Assembly: GCF_009914755.1 (NCBI RefSeq)
Contig: NC_060936.1
DNA length: 64,000 bases
From: the human T2T-CHM13v2.0 reference genome, Homo sapiens
Reading direction: 5' to 3' (one strand)
A program made the position numbers and the translations under genes. Positions 32,469 through 49,284 of this stretch are shown here, piece by piece. The notes beneath the pieces were generated by a model. The model did no database searches. It saw nothing but the letters and a program-made list of their open reading frames with translations, and had not been told where the DNA came from. The stretch's first letter is position 1, and each line of letters begins with the position of its first letter.

Positions 32469-32835
32469 TGTATTAGTCCATTTTCATGCTGCTGATAAAG
32501 ACATACCTGAGACTGGGTAATTTGCAAAAGAAAGAGATTTAATTGGACTCACATTTCTATGTGGCTGGGGAGGCCTCACAATCATGGCAGAAGGCAAGGA
32601 GGGGCAAGTTACATGCAACGTGGATGGCAGCAGGCAAAGAGAGAGCTTGTGAAGAGAAACTCCCGGTTTTAAAACTGTCAGATCTCATGAGACCCATTCA
32701 CTATCATGAGAAGAGCACGGGAAAGACCAGTCCCAATGATTCAGTCATCTCTCACCAGTCCCCTCCCACAACAGGTAGAAATTATGGGGGCTACAAGATG
32801 AGATTTGGGTAGGGACACAGAGACAAACTACATCA
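32469..32835 (-). mobile_element. THE1 solo LTR (THE1C/D-like)
   Basis: tgtattagtccattttcatgctgctgataaagac...catca; TSD A(T/C)AAC. Confidence 0.92.
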
Positions 32836-33379
32836 ACAACAAATCTTCCTACTGGGAGAAGAAATGTTAGTCAGCAGAACTTTTAGCATTCTCAACAAGC
32901 AGCCAATGAACTATATGGCCTGACGTGTTATGTAATAGAGTACTTTATCCTTAAACAGTATTTTCCTATTTTATTTTCTCCATTTCTAATAAACATAAAG
33001 TTGTGTTCTAAGTTTTATGGACTTTGGTGTACTGCACAAGACAAGAATTTTAATACACATTTAACCATGATATTACTAACTTTCTCTCATACATAGCCAA
33101 CATTTTTGAATTTTTTAAAAAAGTTTTATTTTAGCTTTTAAACAAAAGTTAATTTCTTATGTCCCCAAAAAGTATGTCTATACCATTCAAAATGAAGAAA
33201 ATAAGGCACAATGATGTAATTGACATACTTATGGCCACAGGAAATACAGAGGCAATAGCATCTGTCACCTATGCATACTTCACACAATAAACATACCTGA
33301 TTAATACAGTCAAATGTTAGAGTAAAAAATGAGAGCAGAAAGCAGAAAACACAAATTCTAGATGAAGTACAAATTATTC

Positions 33380-34470
33380 AGTTATGCATGCATTCAGCAC
33401 TTATATATTCAGTATTAGGTGTGTTCCAGGTTTTGTTCTGGATGCTGAAAATATAGTAGTTAACCAAGACGGTGTCTGATCTTCTGGTACTTATATTCTA
33501 GTGAGAGAGAGGAGTGATAATTATATAAATTGTAAATCATATAGAAATTGGACATATTTAAGCAAGATAAGTTGAAAGTATGCAAGGGGAGAGAAAATGG
33601 TGATAAGGAGGTTATATTCGATAAGTCCATTGAAGATGACCTCTCTGATTAGATATTTGAGAAAAAACCTGGATATTGAGAAGGAGGGAACCTTGGAAAA
33701 GTGTGAGAGAAAAATATTTCTCACTAAGTGGATAACTAGTTTAAACTAAGGTGAAAATGAGTTTATCAGGAATAACAAAAAGGCCATTGTGGCTAGAGCA
33801 CAGTGAGTAAAGGTCAAGAGAATGAAGTTGGAAAGGGAGCCAATAATCATATCACGTGAGTCATTGTAGGCCAAAGAAGAGTTTACATTTTGCACTAAAT
33901 TAAAGGAAAAACATCACAGAGTTTTACATGTTTGTGTGTGTATGTGTGTGTGCGTGTGTGGGGGTGTGTGTGCATCACTTGGGTTGGTTGCTGTAGGTCA
34001 AATGAACTATTAAGAGGAAAGAGTGGAAGCAGAAATACCACTTAGGAGAAAATTGCCCCAGTTGAGGTGTGACATAATGGTGGCCGGGTCATAAGGATGG
34101 TGATGATTTAGAAAGTGAAGAAAAATACAATTTGGCATATTTTGATTTTCGAGCCCACAGGATTTTAATAGATGGATATAGATTGAACAAGTACAGAGAA
34201 ACCAAGATTGACTCAGATGTTTAGATTGTTTATCTGGTTGAATGGTAGTGAATGAAATGGGATAAGAAAAATGGGGAAGAAACAGTTTTGTGGAAAAGGT
34301 GAGAGGAAATCAGCACAAAGTTCTGTTTTAGATATGTAAAAGTATTTGAGACACTCAATAGATATCCATACTGGAATGTCATCTAGACTTTCAAGGCAGT
34401 GAGACTTTCAAGCCTGGAGCTCACAATAGTGATTAGAGCTCAAGATCTAATTTAGGAATTGCTTGTCAAA
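33380..34470 (-). mobile_element. L2 LINE fragment containing a (TG)n tract at ~33930-33972
   Basis: L2 3'-end motifs (cttatattctagtg, ggccattgtggctagagcacagtgag, agttctgttttaga). Confidence 0.7.
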
Positions 34471-36781
34471 AAAATTGGATACTTAACCTAAGTTTTTTAA
34501 ACACACATATGAGAGTTGACTATGTGCTCAAGTGCATAGATTAATTGGAAAAAATACAGGCCCTATTTGGAACTCTTTTGAGTTTAAAAGACAAAGTTTT
34601 GTTAAATTCTAGAACAGCATGTCAGAATAAGTGTGCATGGGGAATAAGAGTAAGTGTGCATGTGTATATGTGTGTAGCTAATAGGAGGAGCTGTTTCACC
34701 ATAGGATCTCTAGGAAATGTTCTATTTTATCCAAAGTTAGTTAACACAATTTTATTTCAAACATATTCACATTATTCTAATTTTCTACTTCCTTATACTG
34801 TGTCTTAAGTAGTACCAGGTATTACCACAAATTTTAAAACATATTTTACATTATTATCTTATGGATATAAGTGTATTTCTACATTGAGGATTAATTTTAA
34901 AAATCTAGCTCCTTTGATGCACATTAGATTTTATACGGAGGTAATATGAATATAAATCCAACAAACCTGTTTATATAGGAAAGACTAATAGCATTTCTTC
35001 TAAACTTTCCACTGTCTCAGTAGATTGAAAAGGTGTTAGAGCAGTTGTTAAGGATAAGGAAGGAAATCTAATTAAGAGAAATTTTTTGACCTGTGGATAT
35101 GATTAGGAATTACTTCAATCAATCCAATTAGGAGCCATTCCTCCTAGTTGGACAGAATCAAACTCAGTGGAAAAATACCTTAATATTAATACAACATTGT
35201 ACACAAATCTTGTCAGCATTTGAACAAGGAATTTATAAAAATATTTTTATTAAAAAATCTTATTTTAACATGTGTATGAGGATATTGCTTTCTGTACACC
35301 CTAATCAATTAATATACGTGTTTTCTATAATTTAAACCAATGGATATAGTATTTGCTTAGTCTCATATGAAGACTCATTTATTGGGTAATTGTTACCCGA
35401 CAATCTGTCTTTATTTAGAAAGCTGTTTTTATTCACATCACATCTTAAAGGCTGAGAAATAAAAGTCATAAAAATATCAGTGACAGATAAAACAGAGAAA
35501 ATTGCTCTGAACAAACTCTTCTAGAATAGTGTGGTGCATATAAATTATGAAAACACTAAGACTTGATCAAAAAGGAAGGTCTTTAACTTTCATTTAAATG
35601 CATGAACAGATGTGGCAGACCTAATGTCAATGGATAAATGGCCCCAAAATGTGGAATATGAGAACGAGATCTCTGAATGTTTTTAAACTCATGCCAGGCA
35701 TGGCTGGATTCCTCCCACAATAAATGAAAGACCTAGGGTGCATGTAGGGCAACTGTCAAGGCTTATAGAGCTTTGGCCACGAAAGAAAATTGAGATGGCT
35801 TTGTGAAGAGAATTATTATCACTTAAAAATTAATTTACTGTTTCACAGTCAACTGTACATATGAAGCATATAAAGACAAGTTGAACCCCAATTAAAAAAT
35901 GCATATCATGTAAGTCTATTTTGAATTATGTCTCCAATTGTATTCTTTATTTCCTGTATAATTTCATATATGCTTGCAAGCTAGCTAAAGCACCAGAAAA
36001 TCTATTTGCAGATTTACTACAACAAGAATTCCTTATGTTTGCCCCAATTGTTTGTGTTTGTGTGCACATTGTATCTTCTGGTAAAATTTTCAGGTTTGGT
36101 TAGTCTGACCTGATGTTATAAGTATACTAGAAATTTTAATTCTGTGGAAGCACTTGTGTCACTATGGCATATGTTCCTCCCAATACAAGGATTATTAGGA
36201 CAGTCTCCAGATGGATTTAAAAGTTGTTTTAACAAAATTCAAAGCCTTAAAATGCTTAATTTTAAGAGCAGGTAATAGTTACATTTGTAGTGCAACGTAC
36301 TAAATTGTGTCTTTAGAGGCACTGATTATATATTCTTAAAAGTAGATAACAACTGACAATCATATGGCACTTTATTTCTTATAAAGCAACTTTATTTAAA
36401 TTATTTCATTTCATTTTCTCTGTCATTCTGTGAGGTTATTACTACTGTGACCCAAATAAATTGTATCAATTTGACTCCCTCTGCATTACCATAATCATTC
36501 CCTTTTCTCCATCTTCAATGCTGTTGTGTTAGTTCATGAATTTTTGATCTCTCACCTAGACTAGAACAATAGTCTATGAGTTATTTTTCTGCCCACGGTT
36601 TCATAACATTCCATTTCATCTTCCAATTGATGCCAAATAATCTTTCTAATCTATCTGGAAAAATATTTAAAGGACCACAAGTTTCTTTTTTCCATCTTCT
36701 CCTTTATCCCATCTTCAGACTTTAAAACCCATATTTCCTTCACTCCAGGCTTAAGGAGTAATTTACGGATAATAAGCATGG

Positions 36782-37182
36782 TGTGCTAAGCCATTCTTGT
36801 GTTGCTATAAAGAAATACCTGAGACTGGGTAATTTATAAGGAAAAGAGGCTTAACTGGCTCATGGTTCTGCAGGCTGCACAGGAAGCATGGTGCTGCATC
36901 TGCTCAGCATCTGGGAAGGCCTCAGGGAGCTTTTACTCATGGCAGAAGATGAAGCAGGAGCACGCACATCACATGGGGAGAGCAGGAGCAAGAAGGTGGG
37001 GAGGTGCCACACTTTTAAACAACCAGATCTCCTGAGAACTCATTCACTATCATGAGGACAGCACCAAGCCATGAGGGATCCTCCTCCATGATCAAAACAC
37101 CTCCCAGCAGGCCCCGCCTCCAACACTGGGGATTACATTTCAACATGAGACTTGGGAGGGACAAATAACCTAAACTATATCA
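36782..37182 (-). mobile_element. MSTA-like solo LTR inserted in an L2 fragment
   Basis: gttgctataaagaaatacctgagactggg...aaactatatca; 5-bp TSD CATGG at 36777-36781 and 37183-37187. Confidence 0.9.
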
Positions 37183-39649
37183 CATGGTATGTAATTTCAT
37201 ACCTCTATACTTTTCATCATGCTCTTCTGTCCATGTAAAATGTCCCTTATTCCACCTATATTTGCTGATAAGCTATATTCTTTTCCCAATTCCTAAATAA
37301 AGGGTTTTATTCCTATGAAATTTTTCCTTCTCTGTACATAGAATTGACCACTTCATTTTGGATATGCCTACTGAATTCTACACATACATTTATTGTAGTT
37401 CTCCTAATTATTGATTTGATTAGTTTATGTTTATTTCTCTATCTCCACTAAGTATCTCTTTGGAAGAGAGACTGGACTCATTTATCATTGTATCTCTAGT
37501 TCCAAACACACACATACACAAACCTCAATATTTACTGAACATAGGAGTAAGTGAAAACTGGGGTTGTTTGAATTCAGAGACTAATATTTCCTCCACATCA
37601 TTATAAGAAATAAAAATATGATTATGTTTAATGCACAATGCTCTTTTAAACAATTTACACTTATTTTATTTCACAATACCGTTTCATGAAAAAGTGCTAT
37701 TTTAATGTCCATTTTACAGATGATGTAACTAAGTCCCAGCTGTTACTAAAATTGCCTAGGGCTATACAAATAGTACATAGCCAAGGCTCTAACTTCAGAG
37801 TCTGTGGATTTAAATGCTACATTATGCTTTTACATAACGAAAGTGAAGATAAAAAGTTAAAAATGAATGAAATCAGATTGTAGATGTAAAAAATTTATTG
37901 TTTTGAGACCTTAATGTAAGATGGATATTGGCATCAAATCTGAACTCAGCAAGATCTCTGCTACCTTTCTCTTTTCTCTTGTCTTCTTCCATGGCACTGT
38001 TCCCAAAGAAAAATCTACATTATACAGATTTATATAGAATTGCAATTAACTCTATGCAGGAAAAAGTAGATAAAAATGAGAAAATTTGGGGCAGTTTGCA
38101 AACTGCCAAATTTAAGCCTGAAACAATTAGCCTAACTTCTTTCCCCTCTGCCACCGAGTTTTAAAATGCACAGTGTGTCACAGATCAACTATTGACTTAA
38201 ATTATTTAGGGTATAAAAAATAAATTTTAAGCATTATGCTTTTTTTGTTTATCTTGATATTGAGAGTATTTTTATTTATTGTATGTTGTACCATATTTAT
38301 GTATTTAGAATTTTATGAGGGAAATATTTTGGTGTTACAAGTATAGCAACAACAACAAAATGCTGTCTTGTTATTTTCTTAAAAGTTCCATGAAAAAAAT
38401 CATCAAAGAACCAAAGGTAAGCATACTATAATTTGGCCATGAAAACATCTGCTTGAATTGGAAATACAGCGAAAAGGCAGGAAAAAAAAGGAAAAATTAC
38501 AAATCAAAAAAATAACTCCTGGAACTTGACATTTGCTTTGGAGAAAGATGGTAAGAGCATCTATGTTTAAGTGGAAGATAATCTCACTGCACTAAACTGT
38601 GTCAAAGACACATTCCAATTGTGTGTTGCGTAATGAAAGTTGTTTATTAAGCCAATTTATATATGTTTGAGATTTTGTTTGTGAAACAGAGACAGGCTCA
38701 CCCTCCCAGAGAAAAGCAATCACAAAATAAAATATAAAAAATACATAGATTAAAACCACTAATTCTACCTTGCCTAAGTGTATTTCTTCTATTTGTTTTG
38801 TGTATCTTTTCTGTCACTAATAATTAACCTTCAAGGTATCAAGAAAATCATCACCATCATTTGCCATTTGGGTTCAAAAGGAAGCCTTTTAAAAATAAAT
38901 TGGTGTTTTAATAAATAATTCATAGAAGTAAGAATAAAGAGTGGAAACACTATCTTATTTATATTAGAAACTAATATAAATACCTAATATAATTGATTTA
39001 TAATTATATAAGTAATATAACTTATATGAACACTAATTTGTATTAGAAATTTTAAAATAAATTTCACCATTGCAGACCTCTTTATAACAAATAAACTTTG
39101 GCATGCAAACATCATAATGGCTAAAAAAAATACCATTACATCTCCCTTTAACAAAGCAGCACAGAACAGGTCCTTGCTGCACAGCATTGCCTAATGAAGC
39201 CTTTTCTATTTAATGCCTAAGTAGAATAAATTATTATATTCCTTTTAGTCCTTGGAAATATGTTTTTCACTTATAGATACTTGAGTTTGAGAAAATTCCT
39301 CTTGTTATTGTCACCTGAAGACTCATTGTATCATTGCCTGAGATTTTACTTACATTATCCATTTCACCATCATCATTAGAGTATTACTACCTATTTATTT
39401 GAATAAATCTTCTGATTCACTAATAATTGTAAAACATCTTATTCATCAATTTTATTATATATCCCATCAGGATAGAAAATGAAAAATTCTGAATTCTCAA
39501 TTATGTTCAATAAAAGCTAAAAGAAGACTATAAAGATGGTATCTCCTGACTTCTTTTATGCCTTTTTAAAAGATGACGCAACATTTTGGGCAACAGAATA
39601 AAGAAACTAATAAGTCTTTCACTATTACTTTATCCTTCTAAAGGAAACG

Positions 39650-39813
39650 TAGCACAGGTAAACATTTTCTGAAAGGGCCATATGATAAATATTTTAGGTA
39701 TATGGGCCACATGTTCTCACTTGTAACTGTTCAACTTTGTCATTGAAACAAAAGCAGCTATGAACAAAATAAATAAATAAATGTAACTGTGTTCAAATAA
39801 GTATTTTTCAAAA
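39650..39813. mobile_element. MER58-like hAT MITE fragment
   Basis: ttttctgaaagggcca..ataaatattttagg..caactttgtcattg..aaagcagc motifs. Confidence 0.65.
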
Positions 39814-39815
39814 TC

Positions 39816-40500
39816 TGTATTGGTCAGAATTTTCCAGTGAAACAGAATCAATAGAATGTGTATTTGTTTTGTATCTACATAAAGATGTTTATTATAAGAA
39901 ATTGACTCATGTAAATATTGAGGCTGAGAAGTCCAGACCCAGGAGAACCAATGGCATAAGTTTCAGTTCCAGTCCAAGTCCTAAGGCAGGAGAAGACCTA
40001 TGTTCCAGCTCAAAGACAGGCAGAGATAGAGAGCATTCTAACTCATCTTTTATTCTATTCAAACCATTAAGGAATTAGATGAGGCCCACTCATATTGAGG
40101 ACAGTCAGCCTTACTCAGTTTACCAATTCAAATGTTAACCTCATTCAGAAAAATTATCAGAGACACATCCAGATTCATGTTTGATCAAATATCTGGGCAT
40201 CCTGTGACCCAGTGAAGTTGACATACAAAATTAACCATCATAAGTCCAACCTTTATCAACATGACACCCATACACATCTCCTTAAACCATATTTAATCTT
40301 CAAATAAAGACAATAACAAGGTCATAATTCCCTCTAGCATGATTCAACTTTCTTATGTACAACCACAAACATATTATGTCCCTTTCCCAGAGGACATAAA
40401 GTCTTTGAGTGATGTTTACTCTCCTCTTGGATATCCTGTAACTTAAGTACTATGATAAAGTTGACACATCTTATGTTACATGACAAGGGAATAAGAACAA
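39816..40500 (-). mobile_element. MLT2 LTR (39816-40242) plus adjoining ERVL internal 3' fragment
   Basis: LTR ends aagttgacatacaaaattaaccatca, then continues aagtcca..cacccatacacatctccttaaaccat, the ERVL-int/PPT side. Confidence 0.8.
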
Positions 40501-41401
40501 TTCATAAGAGTTTAATAAGAATAAGGAAATTTGGCCCTCAATCCATATCATTTCTGTGAATATAGATAATTCCATCATTCTTCTTTTTTTTCTGTTTTGC
40601 CTTTTAAAACACAACTAAGAATAATTGATTAATGATGAAAGAGTTCCTATAGTGATAAAATAGCAAAATATTTCAAGATATAAAAATTAAGATTGCCAAG
40701 ATTTCATAATGTTGCTTAGATTTAGAGATATGTACAATAAATTCATAAGATAGAATAAGTTTTATTCTATTCTAAAATGATTAAATTTTGCACTTTTCTT
40801 TGACAGAGTGCTTAAAAAACGTGATGAAATATCAATTTTATCAATAGTTGAAAATACTAACATATGAAATTCAAATCTAAATCCTGGGACAATAAACTCT
40901 GTAGGCACATCAAGTGTTAAGAATCTCCTATATATATGACATCGTGCTAAGTGCCATTGGTGATATACTCATCTATGTTTGTATCTTTTCCATAAAATGC
41001 AAGGCATTTGCCTCTTCAGAAAGCAAAAGCCACTCAGTCAGGAAGTGAGAGAAACTATCTAAGGGCTACGTTAGGGATTTACTGAAAGTTGACTAAAAAC
41101 ACTTTTAATAGCAGTGGAGGCTGGCTAAGGAAATTAGTGACAAAAGTAGATGCTAATGCGAATAAAGATCAAAGATTGGTAAATTATAATAATATAACTA
41201 AGAAGGATGTTTTAGGAACACACAAAATCAATGAAGCTAGAATAAAACTAATAATCTCTTATAATTGGAATAAATCAAGACAAATTATTTCGAGAATTAA
41301 AAACTAAAGAACAGGTTCTTTACTTTTGTTCTGCCTAAATAAACAAAAAAGAGGCAAAATGCTGGCAGATTAAGTTTCAAAACAGTAACCAGTGTTACTT
41401 T

Positions 41402-41698
<297 letters not shown>

Positions 41699-43574
41699 CA
41701 GTGTTACTTTAATAACAAGTATCTGTAATTAATATATGAGAAATTCTGAGATAAAATCACGTTAGTACCTTAATTTGCTCTTTATTTTACATTTACTAGA
41801 ATTTTTGCAAGAAAATTAATCTCTCACTTGGTGGCACTTGCCAGATGCCCGTCTGTGGAACACAAAACGTAAAAGCATCCCACCCACCAGTTTAACAGCT
41901 TGACTTAAGAAAATATGAGACAGCTCTTCATGAGAGAAGAAAAACCAAAACAAACCTAATGGACATTAGTAAAATTAGAATAAAAAAGTGTGTTCAATTA
42001 TTTACATGAGTTCTTCTTTATAACTTGAAGGCAAATAACTATGGAAAAAGAAAGGAATAAAGAAAGATAAAAAGAAACTTAATTTTTCACCAAACAACAC
42101 AGAACCAATTTGGCCAAAAAAGTTGTAAAAATAATACTACTTTTGGGCAGAAAGAAATTCTATGTGAAAATCTGATTCTTAAAACTCTCTCAAGGTATGT
42201 TCGTAAATTAAGTTTATGTACTTTTTGTGGAATGGATGGTTGGTCATCTGAAAAATGTTCCTTGTGAATCTCCAGCATAAAAGAATTAAAGAGCACATTG
42301 TGTACAGCAACACTGTATGTGTTTTAGCACCTTGTGGATAGGCAAAAAGTGCATAGGTTGTATTTTAGGACTTCAGTCACTGGTACATTCTACATTGGCA
42401 GTAAGATTTTGATTTATGATATATTAAGATGATTCTAAAGTGGTTCTATTTCAAAATGCATTATAGAAAGTAGTCATTACTGAATATTAAAAAGTAGACA
42501 TTATGTAAAAATAAGCCAGTAAGTTACAGAGGGAAAAAAATATTAGGAGTTAGAAGTCTTAACACTTAGTCCTAACTCTGCCTCCAATTCACTTAACATA
42601 TCTGACCTTAGTTTCTTTATCAGAAATGAAGATATTATTTCAGTTTCCTCCTTTTTCTCTCAGATGGGAGAAATGAAAAAATGCCATGAACTTCTCTCAG
42701 AGTCCTGTATTCAGCTGTCCCTTGCCATTGGTTCACTCTGACATGTACTAGCAACTACTAGGCATGTTTCACTAATCAAGACAAGTCCAAGAAATAGTTT
42801 ACATGCCATGGTAGAAATTCCTCACCAACTGTGAGGGTGCATGATTGTGTTTGGCAAAACTAGGGTTAGCTGGATCAAGATCTTCTAAAAAGTTAGCGGT
42901 GGAAAAAGCAATCAGTATAACGCCATTAAACATATTAAAAATTGATCTAAAAAAAGTTCCAGAGGATATTTATGTCTAGAAGAAACCTAGGTTGTCAGCC
43001 TTATAAACCTACTCTAATGGCTGAACTTTCTTCAGAATCATCTTTGTTTTTTAATAATACAGCATCCTAATCTACTAAGATAAATTTTTACCCCAGGTTT
43101 TAGACATAATAGGGTATTATGTCTGCAACTTACTACCAAATAGATCAGGAAAAAAATAGTTCAAATTTGTGATAAGGAAACTTCAGTGAGAGAAATGGAA
43201 AGACATAAAGTAAAAGTGGCAAAATGTTCATGAGTAAATCTGAGTAAAAGATAGGTATATAGAAAGTATATATTAATATTCTTGCAATTTTTAAAAGTTT
43301 GAAATTCCTTTAAGATAAGGGTTTTTGGTAGTCTCCTTTAACTGTTACCTATTATGCTGCCTAATCATAAATTATTTTCAGCATTCAAATGTACACTTTT
43401 CTAAGCCCAACCTTATATCTACATAAATTATAAACAATTATCTTTTTCTATACTACTATGTAGACTTTTTCACAGAAGAAGAGGACATCAATAATAGTCT
43501 ATTTTTATTTAAGAAATAGCTTATCACCTTCAGAGGCAGTTTCATACGCCATTTAAAACATATTTTAAAAATGC

Positions 43575-43934
43575 AACTCATCCCCAACTAACAATAGTTC
43601 AACTTATGATTTTTCAACTTTATGATGGTGTGAAAGTGATAAGCATTCAGTAGAAATGGTACTTTGAGTACCTATACAACCATTCTGCTTTTCACTTTTA
43701 GTAGGGTATGCAATAAGTTACATGTGATATTTAACTTCATTATAAAATAGACTGTGTTGGATAATTTTGCACAACTGTAGGCTAATATAATTGTTCTGAG
43801 CACATTTAAGGTAAGCTAAACTAAGCCATGATACTTAGTAGGTTAGGTGTATTAAATGAATTTCTGCTTTGTAATATTTTTTACTTATGATAGGTTTATA
43901 ATGACATGAGTCTATCATAAATCAAGGAGCACCT
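43575..43934 (-). mobile_element. MER47A-like Tigger MITE
   Basis: cattcagtagaaa..gagtacc.atacaaccattctg..taggttaggtgtattaaatg..aggagcac motifs. Confidence 0.8.
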
Positions 43935-45444
43935 TTATGCTTATATATACAAATACATAGAAATTTTTCTAGAGATCTTTTGAAGCCCTTTTATAGATCA
44001 AAGTGGCTCTGAATAACTGATACATTAAAATATCAACTTTTAAAAATATTTTATTATGCAAACTATTAAAATTGCCACATTAGTATAATATTCTACTTAC
44101 TAACTATAGGTAGCTTGGAATTACTGTTTCTTTCTCTTTAGCAGATTATAATCTAGAGTTGTCATAAATACCAACATTCAATAAATTGCCTTGATTTCAA
44201 TTTAATAGGGCAGATTCAAATCATAAATTTATTTTAGACATTGTGATAGTAGCATGATACCTCAATTTAATATAAAATTGTGGCACTCTGAATTTCATGT
44301 AAACCTTAATAATTATTTCCTAAATGCAAATTTTGAAAACTGGATTTCAGCAGAGGATGAATTTGAAACTTCAAGCTAGCTATGCCTGGGAAGATATGCC
44401 AGTATTTACAGTTGAGTTATGACACACATACATATATTTTACCAAATTATTGACAAAAAGGCATAAAATGCCATAGCTTATTTCTGATATATAGTCTAAT
44501 GAAAAAGTACTGTTTAAAAGAGAAGATAATATGGCAAAATATTCCCTCCTTCTCTGATTTACTATTCATTTATCTTAAAAAACTTAAGTAAAGAAACATA
44601 AAGTTTTATAAATATTCTATAAGTAAAAGTAAAAATGGGCTTCCTAAAAGTCAACGTCCCTAGATAATTTTTTTTTAACTAAAAATGATCATTCACAAGC
44701 AACACCATTGGATGTTAGGGAAGCTAATTTCAACACACAGTTGGTATTCAGTAGCTAAATAATTCTTTTAGCCCTAAAATATGGAGGTAATTCAAGATGC
44801 TCTAGGGAGCAGAATAGATTAATTTGATAAAGAAATCCTTAGACACACAGTTTAGGGTTCAACATTTGAGCTTCATGGACCAATATACAGAGGAATTTAC
44901 TTGCCTTTTAACTGGGTGGAACCCATTTCCTCAAATTCCTCAATATATAGTTATTTAATTTTCAAAGAAAAATTTAGAAAACATGAGTCAGTCAGTCAGT
45001 TTATTGCAAAAGTGAATTTACCCTCTTGCTCATGGTCACCTGGTTAGTTAGTGGCTGAAATAGGCCAGCAATTAAGGGCTTTGACTCCACTCTCAGGTCT
45101 ATCCCTTGAAGCACTCTGCTGCCTCACTCTATTTCATGTGAACACAAAAAAGTGTGGCTTTTATAAACATATCTTTTATGGAATTTCAATCTTTAAAGAA
45201 AACCTTTAAGTAACAATTTAAAATGTGTTTCTCTTTGAAAGAGCTTATTCTGTCAGTGCATATATTACAATTATTGAATGGGAAGAGAATAATCAAAGAC
45301 AATTAAAATGTCATAATACATTCATTTTACTTGCCTTAATTTGTGCACAATTTTAAGCAATATTTTTGAAGATTATTTATAAAGAACTAATCTATGTTAC
45401 TTTCTTTGTATTGAGAAAATCATTTAGATAATAAAAAATTTCTA

Positions 45445-45757
<313 letters not shown>

Positions 45758-46896
45758 ATTTTATTTTTATACTAAAGGCTTAAGTAATTCCTTCAATCTT
45801 ACTAATTGTAAGAGAACTAAGGAGTTTTTCTCAACTTTTTTTGTGGTATGTTATTGATTTAAGGCTGATTTAACATAGAGTTTCAGTGTATATCAATCAG
45901 AAGTAAGATAATCTAGTTAAATTATATAAGTAGAAAAGAGGTGACAAGGTGATAATGAGTGTTATTGCAAATATTTGATGTCATGATAGTGTTCCTTTTC
46001 TAAGATTAAATGTAATAAAATACTGACAAGAAGTCTAAACCTAGCCATGATCCAGATTATTTGAATTTCAATTAATATGAACATTTTCTGTATATATTTT
46101 GAAGTAAATTTTAGTGATGACCCCTCTTAATAACATAAATTGAGTACTTGTATTCCAGCTCTCACAACACAAAGAGGATTTAAGGGATAATCTTCTTCTC
46201 TTCTGTGAAAATCAAACATGCAAAGACTCTCATGATAATTTCCAAGAATAAATTATATGGGAGCCAACTATAAGGAACATATGTCCACTATTAAGCCCTT
46301 CTAATTCCTTGCTACTTATAATGTGGTCATTAGCACATATCAAAGTATGTTAGAAATACAGAAAAGGAGGCCCCACCCTAGATTTACAAAATCATACTCT
46401 ACGTTTTTAAAAGATCTCTGAGTGATTCATATACATGGTTTTAGAAGCACTGCTTTAAATTTGGAGAAAGCATGAGAAAGAAGGAATTTGTGTAAACAAT
46501 TGTATTTATATCTATTTTCTCATGTAACTAAGTATGCCACAGTACTAGTTATACAACACAATATTACATACTACTGTATTTGTCAAGCACGGTGTGAAGA
46601 CATTCATAAAATTTATTGTCATGTTTTAAATCTCACCACAAACTTATATGATGAGAACTGTTATTGACATTTTATAAAAGGAAAACTGAGATTTACAGAA
46701 GTTGACAGGACAAGATCACACAGACAGTAATGGGTAGGAGACAGTCTGACCAAAGAACTTGTACATTTAATCATAATATGGGCTAGCATGTGGCTATGTG
46801 GAGATTTCAATTTATATCAAAATATGATGCCAATTTTTGAATGTAGAACATATAAATTATACAAAGACTACGATGAATAAAAAACATCCTGCCTCA

Positions 46897-47232
<336 letters not shown>

Positions 47233-47401
47233 TTACAGTACATAAGTCTTAAAGTCTAGGCTTTCAAAATGCTCCCTATCAGCCAATTTATGGTTTTTTA
47301 AATGGTAAAATACGCAATCAGAAAAGTTTGGATGGGTACAAGTACTGGCTACTCATAAACCAAATAAATTTAATCTTCTATTCATGAAAACAAAGAGTGA
47401 G

Positions 47402-47781
47402 TGATATGGTTTGGTTATTTGTCCCCATCCAAATCTCATGTCTAATTATAATCCTCACATGTCAGGGGAGCTGGTGGGAGGTGATTGGATCATGGGGGGG
47501 ATTTCCCGCTTGCTGTTTTTGTGATAGTGAGTGAGTTCTCACGAGATTTGATGGTTTAAAAGTGTGTGCCACTTCCCCTTTCACTCTCTCTCCCTCTTGT
47601 CACCATGTGAAGAAGGTCCTTGCTTCCCCTTCACCTTCTGCCATAATTGCAAGTTTCCTGAGGCCTCCCAGTCATGCCTCCCATTAAGCGTGCAGACCTG
47701 TGAGTCAGTTAAACCTCTTTTCTTCACAAATTGCCCAATTTCGGGTAGTTTTTTATAGCAGTGTGAAAACGGACTAATACA
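47402..47781 (+). mobile_element. MSTA-like solo LTR
   Basis: tgatatggtttgg...ggactaataca; 5-bp TSD GTGAG at 47397-47401 and 47782-47786. Confidence 0.9.
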
Positions 47782-47805
47782 GTGAGATATTAAGAATGAA
47801 TACTA

Positions 47806-48147
<342 letters not shown>

Positions 48148-48508
48148 CTAAAATATTTAGATGTTCAGATGATCTTATACATTAGAAAATAATTATTTGT
48201 ATCTGATTAAAAGATACATGTCTCTCCTTTAATCTGGAAGGGAAAGTACAGAATCAGACAGATATAAATATGTATTTTGTATTTTTCTTTCTTTGGTTAA
48301 CAATACTTTTAAAATAAATTATAAAGATAATACAGGCTGCTCTATTTCACAGCAGTTCTGGGGACCAAATAATGAGCAAAAAATAAAGGATATACTACAG
48401 CGATTTTTCTCATATTCAAGTTCATAACTAATATGATTAAAAATAGCTTACATTTACTGAACCATTGCTTACATGTAAGGCACTGTCGCAAGATTTTTAA
48501 AAATATAA

Positions 48509-48842
<334 letters not shown>

Positions 48843-49250
48843 AAATATAATTTAATCTTAACCATGAAATAAGAATTAGCTTTTTTTTCAGATGAGGAAA
48901 CACTAAACTGTTAAATGTTGGCTTCAGGATTTAAACTTAGGTAGACTGGCTCCCGTTCTCACAAATCATGCATATAATTTTAGGAAAAATTTTATCTCCC
49001 AATATATTTAACATATTTCAGATTTCCTTCCTCTTTAAGTCAAAATGTACATCTAATTTTCTCTCTGAATTATTTTAGAGGTGTATGTTATCATCTCTTT
49101 ATAGTCACATTGCCTTAATGATCTCATAAGTGAGATAGATGCCATGGGTTTATTTGATCAATATATACGAATTATGACTTTAGTACCAAGTTTCCAGTTT
49201 TTCCATTCAAAAAAAGACCGAAAGATAAACTATACTGTAATTTGTTTCCT

Positions 49251-49284
49251 TGCACCATCTAGTGGATTTAAATGACAACTGCAG
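49251..49284 (-). promoter_or_regulatory. Candidate CTCF site with upstream motif
   Basis: Minus strand reads CTGCAG-N13-CCACTAGATGGTGCA, a core motif plus TGCAG at the known spacing. Confidence 0.65.
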
